Shown one piece after another: positions 10,245 to 18,869 of a stretch of DNA of 64,000 bases (the stretch's first letter is position 1; every line of letters begins with the position of its first letter). The stretch is from contig JAUXWS010000043.1 of assembly GCA_030685015.1 (NCBI GenBank), positions 26,844 to 90,843 on the forward strand, written 5' to 3'. The notes beneath the pieces were generated by a model, which did no database searches, was not told where the DNA came from, and saw only the letters and a list, made by a program, of their open reading frames with translations. Source of the DNA: a bacterium (GTDB lineage: Bacteria > CAIWAD01). Made by a program: the position numbers and the translations under genes.

Positions 10245-11024
10245 ATGACTCAACCGCCCGTCAAACCCCTGGCCCTCATCCTGGGAGCCGGCAGCGGCGC
10301 CGGCGGGGCGCTGGCCCTGGTCTTGGCCGGACGAGGCTGTGATTTGCTTCTGGTCGACCCCTCGGGCAACAGACTGGTCGCGCTGCACTCCGAGTGCAGG
10401 GCGGCCGGGGCCTGTGCCAGCCTCTTCCAGGGCGATCTTGCCCGCCGGGAGGACAGAAGCGATCTGCTCACCTTCATCCGCCTGGCCGACGCCAAGCCGG
10501 ACATCATCGTCTTCATCGCCGGTGGCTCTCTGCGGGATCCGGGATTGGCGGCGCCCCTTGCCCAGGTCCGCCGTCTGGAGGAGGGCGGCCTGCGCGCCCT
10601 GGATGAGCTGCTGCGCGACGCCCTGCTGCCGGCCATGCTGCGGGAGGGCAACGGCTACCTGCTGGTGCTGGCCCCGGCATCCCACCTTCATCCCACGGCC
10701 GGAGCAGTGGCGGGTTCGGCCCAGGGAGGCGGCCTGCGCAACTATCTGGCCGCCCTGCGCCAGGGACTGCGGGCCAAGGGATTGGGGGTCACCCTGTGCG
10801 CCTGCGCCGGCCGCTTCGAAGCCTCATTGTGCCCCGGCGGCCAACGACCCGCCCCCGCGCCGGTCCACCGCGTGGTGCGGGCACTTTTTGCGCGACAGGA
10901 GGTCGTGGGGATGCCGGCCTGGGGTGGCGTCGCCCTGCGCATGGCCGGCTGGCCCCTGGCCTGGGCCGGTTCCTGGCTGGTCAAGCGGGAGCATGGCGAT
11001 CAGGTGGAGCCGCCATCGCCTTGA
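10245..11024 (+). CDS. Short-chain dehydrogenase/reductase (SDR) family oxidoreductase.
   Basis: N-terminal Rossmann motif [11 protein letters not shown]. Size and overall pattern fit an SDR. It is divergent from the outer-membrane-protein gene. Confidence 0.6.
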   Translation: MTQPPVKPLALILGAGSGAGGALALVLAGRGCDLLLVDPSGNRLVALHSECRAAGACASLFQGDLARREDRSDLLTFIRLADAKPDIIVFIAGGSLRDPGLAAPLAQVRRLEEGGLRALDELLRDALLPAMLREGNGYLLVLAPASHLHPTAGAVAGSAQGGGLRNYLAALRQGLRAKGLGVTLCACAGRFEASLCPGGQRPAPAPVHRVVRALFARQEVVGMPAWGGVALRMAGWPLAWAGSWLVKREHGDQVEPPSP

Positions 11025-11067
11025 AGGGGCCCCACCCGCACCCATCCAAGCTCAAAGCAGGCACAAG

Positions 11068-11093
11068 AAAAAGGGTTCGCCCTCGGCGAACCC
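11068..11093 (-). terminator. Rho-independent terminator downstream of tRNA-Phe.
   Basis: Perfect 9-bp stem GGGTTCGCC/GGCGAACCC with a 3-nt loop. On the minus strand it is followed by a TTTTT run. Confidence 0.5.
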
Positions 11094-11104
11094 AGCGGTG
11101 TCCA

Positions 11105-11177
<73 letters not shown>

Positions 11178-11247
11178 AGCAAAATCAGGCCAAGAAAGTA
11201 GCGCCCGCCTCCTCCAATGTCAAGGTCGACCCCGCTTCACGCCACGA

Positions 11248-11928
11248 TCAATCCAGGGGGGCACGGCGGAAGCCGATCCGGTCGAAGGGATTGACCAGAC
11301 TGGTGAGGATGTTCAACCAGTGGGAGTTGATCCGCTTCAGATAGCGGACATAGAGGGCCAGCGCCACCTGGGTGAAGGGGGGCAGGTCCACCGGCTGCCG
11401 GCCGGACACCAGGATGTTGGTGATGCGGTCACAGGCCGGGTTGACCCAGTTGAGGTCCGCGATGAGGGTGGCGGCCGCCTTCTCGTCATTCTGCTGGAAG
11501 CACTGGCGCCCCTGCGGCAGCAGACGCTCAATCACCTGCTCCTCGATGCGGCACAGCTCCGTCTCGAACTCCCCGGCTTGCAGGCGCGGCTCGTGCTCCC
11601 GCGCCAGCTCAACGATGTTCTTGGCATAGTCGCCCACCCGCTCCACGTCGATGATGATGCTGATCAGGACGAGGGCCGGATAGACTTCCTCATTGCCCAT
11701 CACCGTCAAGTGGGTGAAGACCTTGCGCCGCACCTCCGATTCGTAGCGGTTCACCACCTGGTCCATCTTGCTGATGTCAAGCTCCGCCGGGGCGTGCTCC
11801 GTCTCGCGCAGGGCCTGCCGCGCGACCCGGACCATCGTCTCGGCCTGGAGCAGCATGGTGTGGGTGTCCTTGAGGGCCTGATCGAGCAGGCTTTCCTTGT
11901 TGAAGAGGGACAGGAAGCCCTTCAGCAT
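11248..11928 (-). CDS. phoU: PhoU-domain phosphate-transport regulatory protein.
   Basis: Two PhoU-like helical repeats with the conserved (D/E)xxxD pattern (IIDVERVGDYAKNI). It sits directly downstream of a Na/Pi cotransporter gene. Confidence 0.7.
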   Translation of the reverse strand: MLKGFLSLFNKESLLDQALKDTHTMLLQAETMVRVARQALRETEHAPAELDISKMDQVVNRYESEVRRKVFTHLTVMGNEEVYPALVLISIIIDVERVGDYAKNIVELAREHEPRLQAGEFETELCRIEEQVIERLLPQGRQCFQQNDEKAAATLIADLNWVNPACDRITNILVSGRQPVDLPPFTQVALALYVRYLKRINSHWLNILTSLVNPFDRIGFRRAPLD

Positions 11929-11938
11929 GGGGGATCTC

Positions 11939-13066
11939 CTATTTCAGCAGAAAAATCAAGCCAAGGGGCACGACGAAAAAGGCCATCAGGACGTAGAGCA
12001 TGGGGATCAATCGGCTGCGCAGGGCCAGTTCGGCCATGCCCGAGGCCAGGCCGATGGGCAGGCGACTAAGGGGGAGGAAGAGGGCCGTCCCCGCCGCGTT
12101 GAACAAGGTGTGGACCATGGCAATGGCCACGGCCGCCGGGTTCTGGGTGGAGAGGGCGGCCAGCATGGCCGTGATGGTCGTGCCGAGGTTGGCCCCCAGG
12201 GTGTAGGGGAAGATTTGCTTGAGGGATAGCAGCCCGGCCCCTGCGAAGGGGACGATGAGGCTGGTGGAAACGCTGCTGGACTGCACCGCGATGGTGAGCA
12301 GGACGCCGATCAGCAGGGAGCGGATGGAGGAGCGGAAGATGCTGGCCTCGAACCAGTTCTCCGCCCGGGACAGGGCCACGCCCTTCAAGACCCGCGTCAG
12401 CATGACAATGGCCAGGAAGAGCAGGGTGAAGGCGCACAACAGGGAACACCAGGCATGCAGGTGCCAGGGCCCGTCCGTCGGCAGCACCTTGGTGAGCTGG
12501 GTGATGACACCTCTGGCCAGCGGTTCAACCAGAGCCTTGAGCGGACTCAGCACCTCCATGCCATGAACGTCGGCGACCAGGCCGGCCAGCCATTGCCCGG
12601 CATTGTGGAAGAAGCCCGTGAAGTACTCCAAGGGGAAAAAGACCAGGACGCAGAGCACGTTGAAGAAATCATGGACAATGGAGGCGGAGAAGGCGCGACG
12701 GAACTCGGAACTGCGGTTGATGTGGGCCATGGAGACCAGGGTGTTGGTCACCGAGGTGCCAATGTTGGCTCCCATCATGATGGGAACAGCCAGTTCCAGC
12801 TGCAGGGACCCTGAGGCCACCATGGCCACGACCATGGACGTGGTGGCGCTGGAACTCTGCATAAGACTGGTGGCCAGAATTCCGATGAACAAGGCGACGA
12901 GGGGGTTGGATGTGTAGTTCAGCAAGAGGCGGGGCAAATCCTGCCCGAACAGCTTGAAGGATTGGGACATCCATTCGATGGCAAGAAAGAACAGGATGAG
13001 CAGGACGACCAACAGGACCATGCTGAGCCACAGGGACCGGCCCGGTGGCGTCTGGGATGGGTTCAT
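11939..13066 (-). CDS. Na+/phosphate cotransporter family protein (NptA/YjbB-like).
   Basis: Multi-pass membrane protein with the repeated QSSSATT/QSSSVSTS motifs of Na/Pi-cotransporter II-related proteins. The provided ORF runs to 13384 through an AT-rich, atypical region. I trimmed it to Met-107 at 13066; the start remains uncertain. Confidence 0.7.
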   Translation of the reverse strand: MNPSQTPPGRSLWLSMVLLVVLLILFFLAIEWMSQSFKLFGQDLPRLLLNYTSNPLVALFIGILATSLMQSSSATTSMVVAMVASGSLQLELAVPIMMGANIGTSVTNTLVSMAHINRSSEFRRAFSASIVHDFFNVLCVLVFFPLEYFTGFFHNAGQWLAGLVADVHGMEVLSPLKALVEPLARGVITQLTKVLPTDGPWHLHAWCSLLCAFTLLFLAIVMLTRVLKGVALSRAENWFEASIFRSSIRSLLIGVLLTIAVQSSSVSTSLIVPFAGAGLLSLKQIFPYTLGANLGTTITAMLAALSTQNPAAVAIAMVHTLFNAAGTALFLPLSRLPIGLASGMAELALRSRLIPMLYVLMAFFVVPLGLIFLLK

Positions 13067-13445
13067 GCCGCGTTGGCTCCTGGCAACTGCAGAGTCTGTG
13101 GCACAAGGTATGGAAGTGGCAGGGTTAAAGATCATCCGGCGACTTCCCGGCAGCATGTCGGTCATGACCACGCCAAAATCCTGCCCGACACGTTGCAGAG
13201 GCAAGTCGTTGATTGTGAACGGGAACAGACTTCCTTGTTGAAGCAGGTCTGGAAATTCATGGGCGATGTCCGGGCACTTTGGCGGCAGGCACTGGATCCG
13301 CATCAGGCACGCATCGGAGGGCGAGCCTGGCCTGGCTGGGGCTGTAGCCTCAGATAAGTTTACATAATACATCTTATCCGACATTCATATGGTTGGAATC
13401 CGACCTCGTCCGCCCGCCGCGGCGTGGCCGATCCACCACCTGTGA
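13067..13445 (-). promoter_or_regulatory. Long, lower-GC intergenic region: putative promoter/leader of the Na/Pi cotransporter-phoU operon, and terminator region of the upstream TolB-like gene.
   Basis: About 380 bp with no convincing coding signal, in an otherwise tightly packed locus. Locally AT-rich (TTTACATAATACATCTTATCC). It lies immediately 5' of the transporter start on the minus strand. Confidence 0.3.
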
Positions 13446-14396
13446 TCAGGGCTGTCCGTCCATGGACTTCAGATAGATGTCCCACTGCTGCGATTGCCGC
13501 CCGGCAAAGGCAAGGCGTCGACCATCGGGCGACCACGCGGGCAGTTGATCGGCTTCACGCCCCTCTGGACCAAGGGGCAACCACTGGTTTGATTGGGGCG
13601 GGCGCACCAGGATGAGGCCGTCCCGCTCCACCGTGATCTCGCTCACCGCCCAGCCGGCGACGGCATGCCAGTCAGGCTGGCCCAGGATGCGCAGCGAGTC
13701 GACCATCAGCACGGATGGATCCTGGTTCTCCAGCCAGCCCAACTGATGGTTGCCCATGCGCAGCGCCAGGCCTTGGCTGGTGGGCAGCGGGCTGCTGTAG
13801 ATGCCGGCCCCGGTCAATTGGACCAGATTGTCGCTTTCAAGATCAAAGCGGAAAACGGCAGTCCTCCGCTCGGCGTCCCCCAGGTCCCGCCGCTCATCAA
13901 CCCGGTCGGAGACGAAATAGATGGACTTTCCATCGGGGCTGAAGCGGGGGTGCCAGTCGTCCGCGCCGCTGGCGGCGACAATTCGCCGCTGGCGGCCATC
14001 CGCCGCCATGACCAGGATGTCCCGGGGGGGCGAGGCGTCCAGGCTGGGGGCATGGACGGTGCAGACGATCCACCGCCCGTCGGGCGACCAGCTGGGATCC
14101 TCTTCCGCCTCGGGCGTGTCGGTCAAGCGGGTGGGACGGCCGTCGGAGACCTGCATGGTGTACAATTCCCAGTTGCCATCGCCGTTGTTCTGATACACCA
14201 GCTGCAGGCCGTCCGGGGAAAAACTGGGTGCGGTCTGGTCGGCAGAGGAATCGGTCAACCGCCGGGCCGGCGCCTCCAGCCAGGCCGGCTGGTCGATCCT
14301 CTTCGCTCCACCACTCCGCGGTCCCGCGCAGTGGGTATGCAGAAGGCAGACTGCGCCGCAGAGTCCGGCCGTGAGCAAGGCATGGACGTTCTTCAT
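13446..14396 (-). CDS. Periplasmic TolB-like beta-propeller protein (WD40-like PD40 repeats).
   Basis: Signal peptide followed by repeated (F/W)SPDG motifs (FSPDGLQLVY, WSPDGRWIV, FSPDGKSIYF, WSPDGRRLAF). No TolB N-terminal domain is obvious. Confidence 0.7.
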   Translation of the reverse strand: MKNVHALLTAGLCGAVCLLHTHCAGPRSGGAKRIDQPAWLEAPARRLTDSSADQTAPSFSPDGLQLVYQNNGDGNWELYTMQVSDGRPTRLTDTPEAEEDPSWSPDGRWIVCTVHAPSLDASPPRDILVMAADGRQRRIVAASGADDWHPRFSPDGKSIYFVSDRVDERRDLGDAERRTAVFRFDLESDNLVQLTGAGIYSSPLPTSQGLALRMGNHQLGWLENQDPSVLMVDSLRILGQPDWHAVAGWAVSEITVERDGLILVRPPQSNQWLPLGPEGREADQLPAWSPDGRRLAFAGRQSQQWDIYLKSMDGQP

Positions 14397-14407
14397 GATC
14401 TGCCGCC

Positions 14408-15550
14408 TTAGAAGTTCTGCCTCAAGATGTTCTGGAACTGCCTAAGGCTGAGCAGGGCATCGGCGCCGCTGACCGTCCCCGTCGCGTTGAAGCGCCCGCT
14501 TTGCAGGTCGGCCTGCAGGATGCCCCGCGCCGTGCAAAGGGCGGCCGCGCTGTAGGACGGATGACTTGAGTTCATGTCGGGAAAGATGCTGGTCTCACCA
14601 AAGTGCTGGCTGGCCAGTTTGGCGTCGCCCGTGACCGAGACCAGGATGTCCACCACGGTCAAGGCGAATTCACCGCGGCTGATCCGCTCTTCCGGCATGA
14701 AGGCGCCACCCGGACCAGTGCCCATGCCGCCCTCGCGCAGCACATCCTCGATCCAGGTGCGGGCCCAGTGGTCCTGGATGTCGTCCGGACTGAGGCGCTG
14801 GGGGGAGTCGTCGGCCCTGCCCGGTTCGTTGAAGCGGGGCTTGTCCACCTTGGCCCGCTTGGACAGGATCTCGGGCAGCTTCAGCTCCTCCACCAGCAAG
14901 ACGGCCATGTCGGCGCGATCAATGGCGTCCTCCAACGCGATCTTGGAACTGACCCGCGTGCCGGGCCTGGCGCGAATGATCTTGTTGCAGGTCTCCAGCG
15001 CCCGGTCGGCCGGGGCCGACCAATCCCCGCGTTGGGCCACCACCTGGCCGAACTCGCCCACCGCCGTCTGGAAATCCAGGTTGACCATGGCGGCGCGACC
15101 CCGCCAGAAGTGCACCTGCTCGGCCGGCGCCCCCAGCTTGGCGGCCTTCTCCAGGCTTTTGAGGGACTTGTTGTACCAATCATCCGGCTGGACGCGCGTC
15201 AGCACGCGGGCCTGGATCATCCAGGCCTGCCAGCGGTTGTCTGCCATGTCCACCGCTTTCGCGGCCGTCTTCAAGGCCTCCCGCCCTGCCTCCGGCGACT
15301 CCGCCATAAGCAGGGAGCGGGCGGCGTGGGCCATGAAATACTTGGGATCCAGGGCCAGGGCGCGGTCGAACTCCCGCCCGGCAGCCTCCAACTCGCCCCG
15401 ATCCAGCAGGCGAAGGCCCTGATCGACATGGGTTTGCGGTGTATCCAGGAGGGACTCGGATTTGAGCGGAGCTTTGGCGCACCCACCAAGGCCCGCCACC
15501 AGGATGGCTCCCAGCAGGGCGGGGGCCAACCATCGACGCAAGGTGTTCAT
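14408..15550 (-). CDS. Lipoprotein with TPR repeats and a C-terminal SLH (S-layer homology)-like domain.
   Basis: Lipobox LGGCA. N-terminal TPR-like helices (LDPKYFMAHAARSLL). The C-terminal segment DIQDHWARTWIEDVLREGGMGTGPGGAFMPEERISRGEFA matches the SLH consensus (FxDV..HWA...GI..G...F.P...iTRaE). Confidence 0.6.
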   Translation of the reverse strand: MNTLRRWLAPALLGAILVAGLGGCAKAPLKSESLLDTPQTHVDQGLRLLDRGELEAAGREFDRALALDPKYFMAHAARSLLMAESPEAGREALKTAAKAVDMADNRWQAWMIQARVLTRVQPDDWYNKSLKSLEKAAKLGAPAEQVHFWRGRAAMVNLDFQTAVGEFGQVVAQRGDWSAPADRALETCNKIIRARPGTRVSSKIALEDAIDRADMAVLLVEELKLPEILSKRAKVDKPRFNEPGRADDSPQRLSPDDIQDHWARTWIEDVLREGGMGTGPGGAFMPEERISRGEFALTVVDILVSVTGDAKLASQHFGETSIFPDMNSSHPSYSAAALCTARGILQADLQSGRFNATGTVSGADALLSLRQFQNILRQNF

Positions 15551-15565
15551 GTCTGCCTCCGACCT

Positions 15566-16381
15566 TTAGTTGACCACCACGAGGACGCGGCACTCGGAGA
15601 GGAAGGAAAGATTCTCGCTCAGGGCGTGCAGGATCTTGCCGTCCCGGTCCGGGATGACGATGTCCGCCTTGTGGCTGCCGCGCACGTCCGTCGCTTTGAC
15701 CAGCAGCGGCTTGGCACCGATGCGGTCCTGTTGCTGGCGGGCCTGCTCCAGGTTCTTGACATAGCCCACCATGCCGTTGCGCAGGGCCCACTCCCGATCC
15801 ACCCAGGCGTTGCTGTAGATTTCCTCCCCGGAGTCGTTGAGAATGCGCGGGGCCATGGCCGGGCGCAGTTCGAGACCCGTGCAGTCAACGATCAACCCGG
15901 TGTAGACGGACCCCAGGGGATTGATGTCACTGTACTGGATGGGCGTGGGCATGCCGTCCTGGAAGGGCATGCCGCCCAGCAGGACATCGCTCAGGTCGGG
16001 GCCGATCACCATTTCCACCACCAACTCGATGGAGCCGTCGCTCATGTAGATGGGCTCACCCACTTCGCGGAAGTTGCGGCAGACGCCACGCACCTCCGTG
16101 ATGATGCGGTCGTTCTCCAACATGAAATCCTGCACGGTCGTCTCCGAGGTGAGGGTCATGCCCTCCACCGTTTCGAGGATCTTGCGCAGGGCATCGGCGC
16201 GGGCCACGCGGATCTGGCCGGGCCGGCCGCCCACCGCGCTGGGGATGCCAACTCCCTTGGCCCGGATGATGCGGGACTGCCAGTCCACCGATCCGCTCTC
16301 GCTTTCCTGCATGACCTGGGCCAGGATGGCCGAGGAAGCCAGCAGGGTGGCCAGCACGGTCAGACCAATCCAGCGACGCAT
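15566..16381 (-). CDS. Secreted LPP20-family-like protein (FlgP/LPP20 lipoprotein superfamily-like), function unknown.
   Basis: Signal peptide (MRRWIGLTVLATLLASSAILAQ). RAKGVGIP...RVARADALRKILETVEGMTL resembles the LPP20 fold signature (AxGxG...ArraA..dA.r.L). Trimmed from the 292-aa ORF to Met-22. Confidence 0.45.
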   Translation of the reverse strand: MRRWIGLTVLATLLASSAILAQVMQESESGSVDWQSRIIRAKGVGIPSAVGGRPGQIRVARADALRKILETVEGMTLTSETTVQDFMLENDRIITEVRGVCRNFREVGEPIYMSDGSIELVVEMVIGPDLSDVLLGGMPFQDGMPTPIQYSDINPLGSVYTGLIVDCTGLELRPAMAPRILNDSGEEIYSNAWVDREWALRNGMVGYVKNLEQARQQQDRIGAKPLLVKATDVRGSHKADIVIPDRDGKILHALSENLSFLSECRVLVVVN

Positions 16382-16449
16382 GGAGTCCTCCTTCTCTGCC
16401 AGTGTGAACGGCCCGCGCCGGGTGGCGGGCCTTGATCGATCCAAAAAAA

Positions 16450-17310
16450 CTAGCGGGGTTGGCGTGCCCGGCTACGCTCCAGGTTCCACCGTACCCAGTC
16501 GGAATCGCCGGCAGACTCGATGCGCCCGGCGGTCTGGATCCGGCCGTCGGCCCCGATCCGGATCTCCTGCATGTCCCGCACAATGACCAGCCATTCGGCC
16601 AGGCTGACCTCGCGTGGTCCGGCCACGGGCACCGGTCCGGCCACGGGCACGGGAGCGCCGGGCGTGGGGGGCGCCGCCTTGGGCCTGGCCAGGAGGGCGC
16701 CCAGCGAGTCGATGTCGATGGCCGGCCGCGGGTCCACCAGGCCGGCGGCGTCGGAGGCGACGCGCACCTCGCCGCGCATCACCGTGAGCACGGTTTCACG
16801 TCCCTCCGCCACGCTCATCTTGAGCGCCGTGCCGGTGATGGCGGCACCCATGACCTGGGAGCGGATGGTGAAGGAGTCCCCCTCGTCCAGGTCGTCCAGT
16901 TCGGCCCAGATGTCCCCCTCCTCCAGCTCGAGGTCCACCTTGATGGCCGCCTCGCGCTCCTCCTCCAGCAGGCGGGCCAGGCGCAGGGTGGTGGCGGGCG
17001 CCAGGCGCAGCACGTTGCGGTCCAGGAACTCGATCTCGGCTCGGCCCTGGCTGCCTGTGCGCACTCGGTCTCCCTCCTCCACCCGGCTGCGCAGTGGCGC
17101 GTCCAACCAATCGGGCAGCTCGCCCGGCCGGCGGGCCAGCAGACCCTCGCGGAAGCTGACAAGCCCCAGCCCGGTCTCCAGCTGCACGCGGGCGGCCTGG
17201 ACTGCCGCCGGAGCGGCTTCCTGGGCGGCGCGGCTTTTTTCGAAGTCCTGGGCAAGAGCCGGATCCATGCCGGTGGCAACCACCAGCAAGGCGAGAAGGA
17301 TGAGGTTCAT
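16450..17310 (-). CDS. Secreted FecR-domain protein.
   Basis: Signal peptide (MNLILLALLVVATGMDPALA). Central FecR-like beta-rich segment (DRVRTGSQGRAEIEFLDRNVLRLAPATTL). It contains a PVPVAG PVPVAG tandem repeat. Trimmed from the 316-aa ORF to Met-31. Confidence 0.6.
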   Translation of the reverse strand: MNLILLALLVVATGMDPALAQDFEKSRAAQEAAPAAVQAARVQLETGLGLVSFREGLLARRPGELPDWLDAPLRSRVEEGDRVRTGSQGRAEIEFLDRNVLRLAPATTLRLARLLEEEREAAIKVDLELEEGDIWAELDDLDEGDSFTIRSQVMGAAITGTALKMSVAEGRETVLTVMRGEVRVASDAAGLVDPRPAIDIDSLGALLARPKAAPPTPGAPVPVAGPVPVAGPREVSLAEWLVIVRDMQEIRIGADGRIQTAGRIESAGDSDWVRWNLERSRARQPR

Positions 17311-17396
17311 GTCGGGTGCCGCTCTCTGCTTTGCACGGTCGAAAGTGTAGCGATTCGCCCAAGGGCAGGCAACACAAGCCCGGCCTGGGCCACGTT

Positions 17397-18062
17397 TCAC
17401 GCTTCGTGGGATGCACAGGCCCGGCGCAGGCGCGTGATGGCCGCCGCCAGGTCGGGCTGGCGGAAGAGGTGGGAGCCGGCCACCAGGATCTCCGCCCCCG
17501 CCCGGGCGCAGGCCGGGCCATGGACCTCATCCAGACCCCCGTCCACCTGGATGGGGATGGCCACGCCCAGCTCCCGCCACAACTGGCCCAAGCGGCGGAT
17601 CTTGTCCAGCACGGGTGCGTGGAAGGCCTGTCCTCCATAGCCGGGATTGACGCTCATGAGCAGGACGAAATCGAGGTGGGGCGTCAACCAGCGCAGCGGG
17701 GCGATGTCGGTGCCGGGATTGAGCGCCAGCCCGGCGCGGCAGCCGTGGGCGCGGATTTGCTGGAGCAGGCGGTCCGGATGGGGGCCCGCCTCGAGGTGGA
17801 CCGAAAGCCAGTCCGCTCCCGCCGCGGCGAAGGGCTCGATGAAGCCGGCCGGCTCGGCCACCATCAAGTGGATGTCCAGCGGCAGGGTGCTGCGCGTGCG
17901 GACGGCCCGCACGAAATCCGGTCCATAGCTCAGGTTCGGCACGAAGTGGCCGTCCATCACATCCAGGTGCAGCAGGTCGGCGCCGCCGGCGGCACAGGCC
18001 GCCAACTGCACTTCCAGGCGGAAGAGGTCGGCGGCGAGCAGGGATGGGGCAAGGCGGATCAT
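17397..18062 (-). CDS. rpe: Ribulose-phosphate 3-epimerase.
   Basis: Conserved HLDVMDGHFVPN, DIHLMV and MSVNPGYGGQAF motifs. The provided 463-aa ORF has a spurious N-terminal extension. The ATG at 18062 overlaps the stop of the PASTA gene. Confidence 0.9.
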   Translation of the reverse strand: MIRLAPSLLAADLFRLEVQLAACAAGGADLLHLDVMDGHFVPNLSYGPDFVRAVRTRSTLPLDIHLMVAEPAGFIEPFAAAGADWLSVHLEAGPHPDRLLQQIRAHGCRAGLALNPGTDIAPLRWLTPHLDFVLLMSVNPGYGGQAFHAPVLDKIRRLGQLWRELGVAIPIQVDGGLDEVHGPACARAGAEILVAGSHLFRQPDLAAAITRLRRACASHEA

Positions 18063-18826
18063 GGCAGGCTCCTTTCTTGCAGTCGCAGGTCCACCGTCGC
18101 GCCCGGCCGGACCTGGAGGCCCGCCGGCGGATTCTGCCCGACCACCGCCTGGGCATCGGACAGGCCGCTGTCCTGGGCGCTGGCCAGACCGACGCGGGCC
18201 AGGGTCCTCCTGGCTTGTCGCAGGGTCATGCCGGTCAGGTCGGGCACGGGCACCCAATCGGGGGCTGGGCCCAGGCTGAGCACCACGGCCACCAGGCCTC
18301 CCGGCGGCAGGCTGTCCCCGGCGGCCGGCACCTGGCTGAGCACGGTTCCCTCGCCGAAGCGCGCGTCGTGGCGCCATTGACACCGCAGGGTGTCCAAGTC
18401 CAGCTGGACATCCGCCAGGAGGCTTTGGGCCTGGCGCTGGGTCGCGCCCCGCAGGGTTGGGATCGGCACCTGGCGGCTGCCCGAGCTGAGCGTCACGTGG
18501 ATGCGCCGCCCTGTCTTGGTCATGCGACCGGCGCGCGGATGTTGCTCCATCACCACGCCGGCCGGGAACAGGCCGCTGGGATCGGGCCGGCGGCCGGCCT
18601 GAACCGCTTCGAATCCGGATTGCCGCAGCAGGATCTCCGCCTCGTTCCACTCCAGGCCCAGCACGCGCGGACACTGCCCCACCTCGCCCTGGCGGGTCAG
18701 GGCCGGCATCAGCAGTTGATCGAAGGCCACGAGCAGAAGCAGAAATCCCGCCAGCAGGGCGAACAGGGCCAGGCCCAGGCGCCGCCATCGTCGCGCTGGC
18801 GCTGACGCCACCTGATCACGCCTCAT
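18059..18826 (-). CDS. Membrane-anchored PASTA-domain protein with three PASTA repeats and no kinase or transpeptidase domain.
   Basis: N-terminal transmembrane helix (LGLALFALLAGFLLLLVAF), then three ~65-aa repeats, each with a (V/I)P(D/N)(L/V)xG motif and GxxV...P..G..V.. pattern. The stop overlaps the rpe start. Confidence 0.7.
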   Translation of the reverse strand: MRRDQVASAPARRWRRLGLALFALLAGFLLLLVAFDQLLMPALTRQGEVGQCPRVLGLEWNEAEILLRQSGFEAVQAGRRPDPSGLFPAGVVMEQHPRAGRMTKTGRRIHVTLSSGSRQVPIPTLRGATQRQAQSLLADVQLDLDTLRCQWRHDARFGEGTVLSQVPAAGDSLPPGGLVAVVLSLGPAPDWVPVPDLTGMTLRQARRTLARVGLASAQDSGLSDAQAVVGQNPPAGLQVRPGATVDLRLQERSLP

Positions 18827-18869
18827 CGTCCACCTCTCCCGGCCGCATCACACCTCTTCCTTCCGGCCT

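Noticed and set aside
13067-13384. N-terminal 106 aa of the 481-aa Na/Pi cotransporter ORF.
   Set aside because: Lower GC and atypical amino-acid composition, with no hydrophobic signal. The transporter family normally begins near the first TM, which follows Met-107.
18063-18788. N-terminal extension of the 463-aa ORF containing rpe.
   Set aside because: Pro/Arg/Gly-rich junk composition. The region is occupied by the PASTA gene in another frame, whose stop overlaps the rpe ATG exactly.
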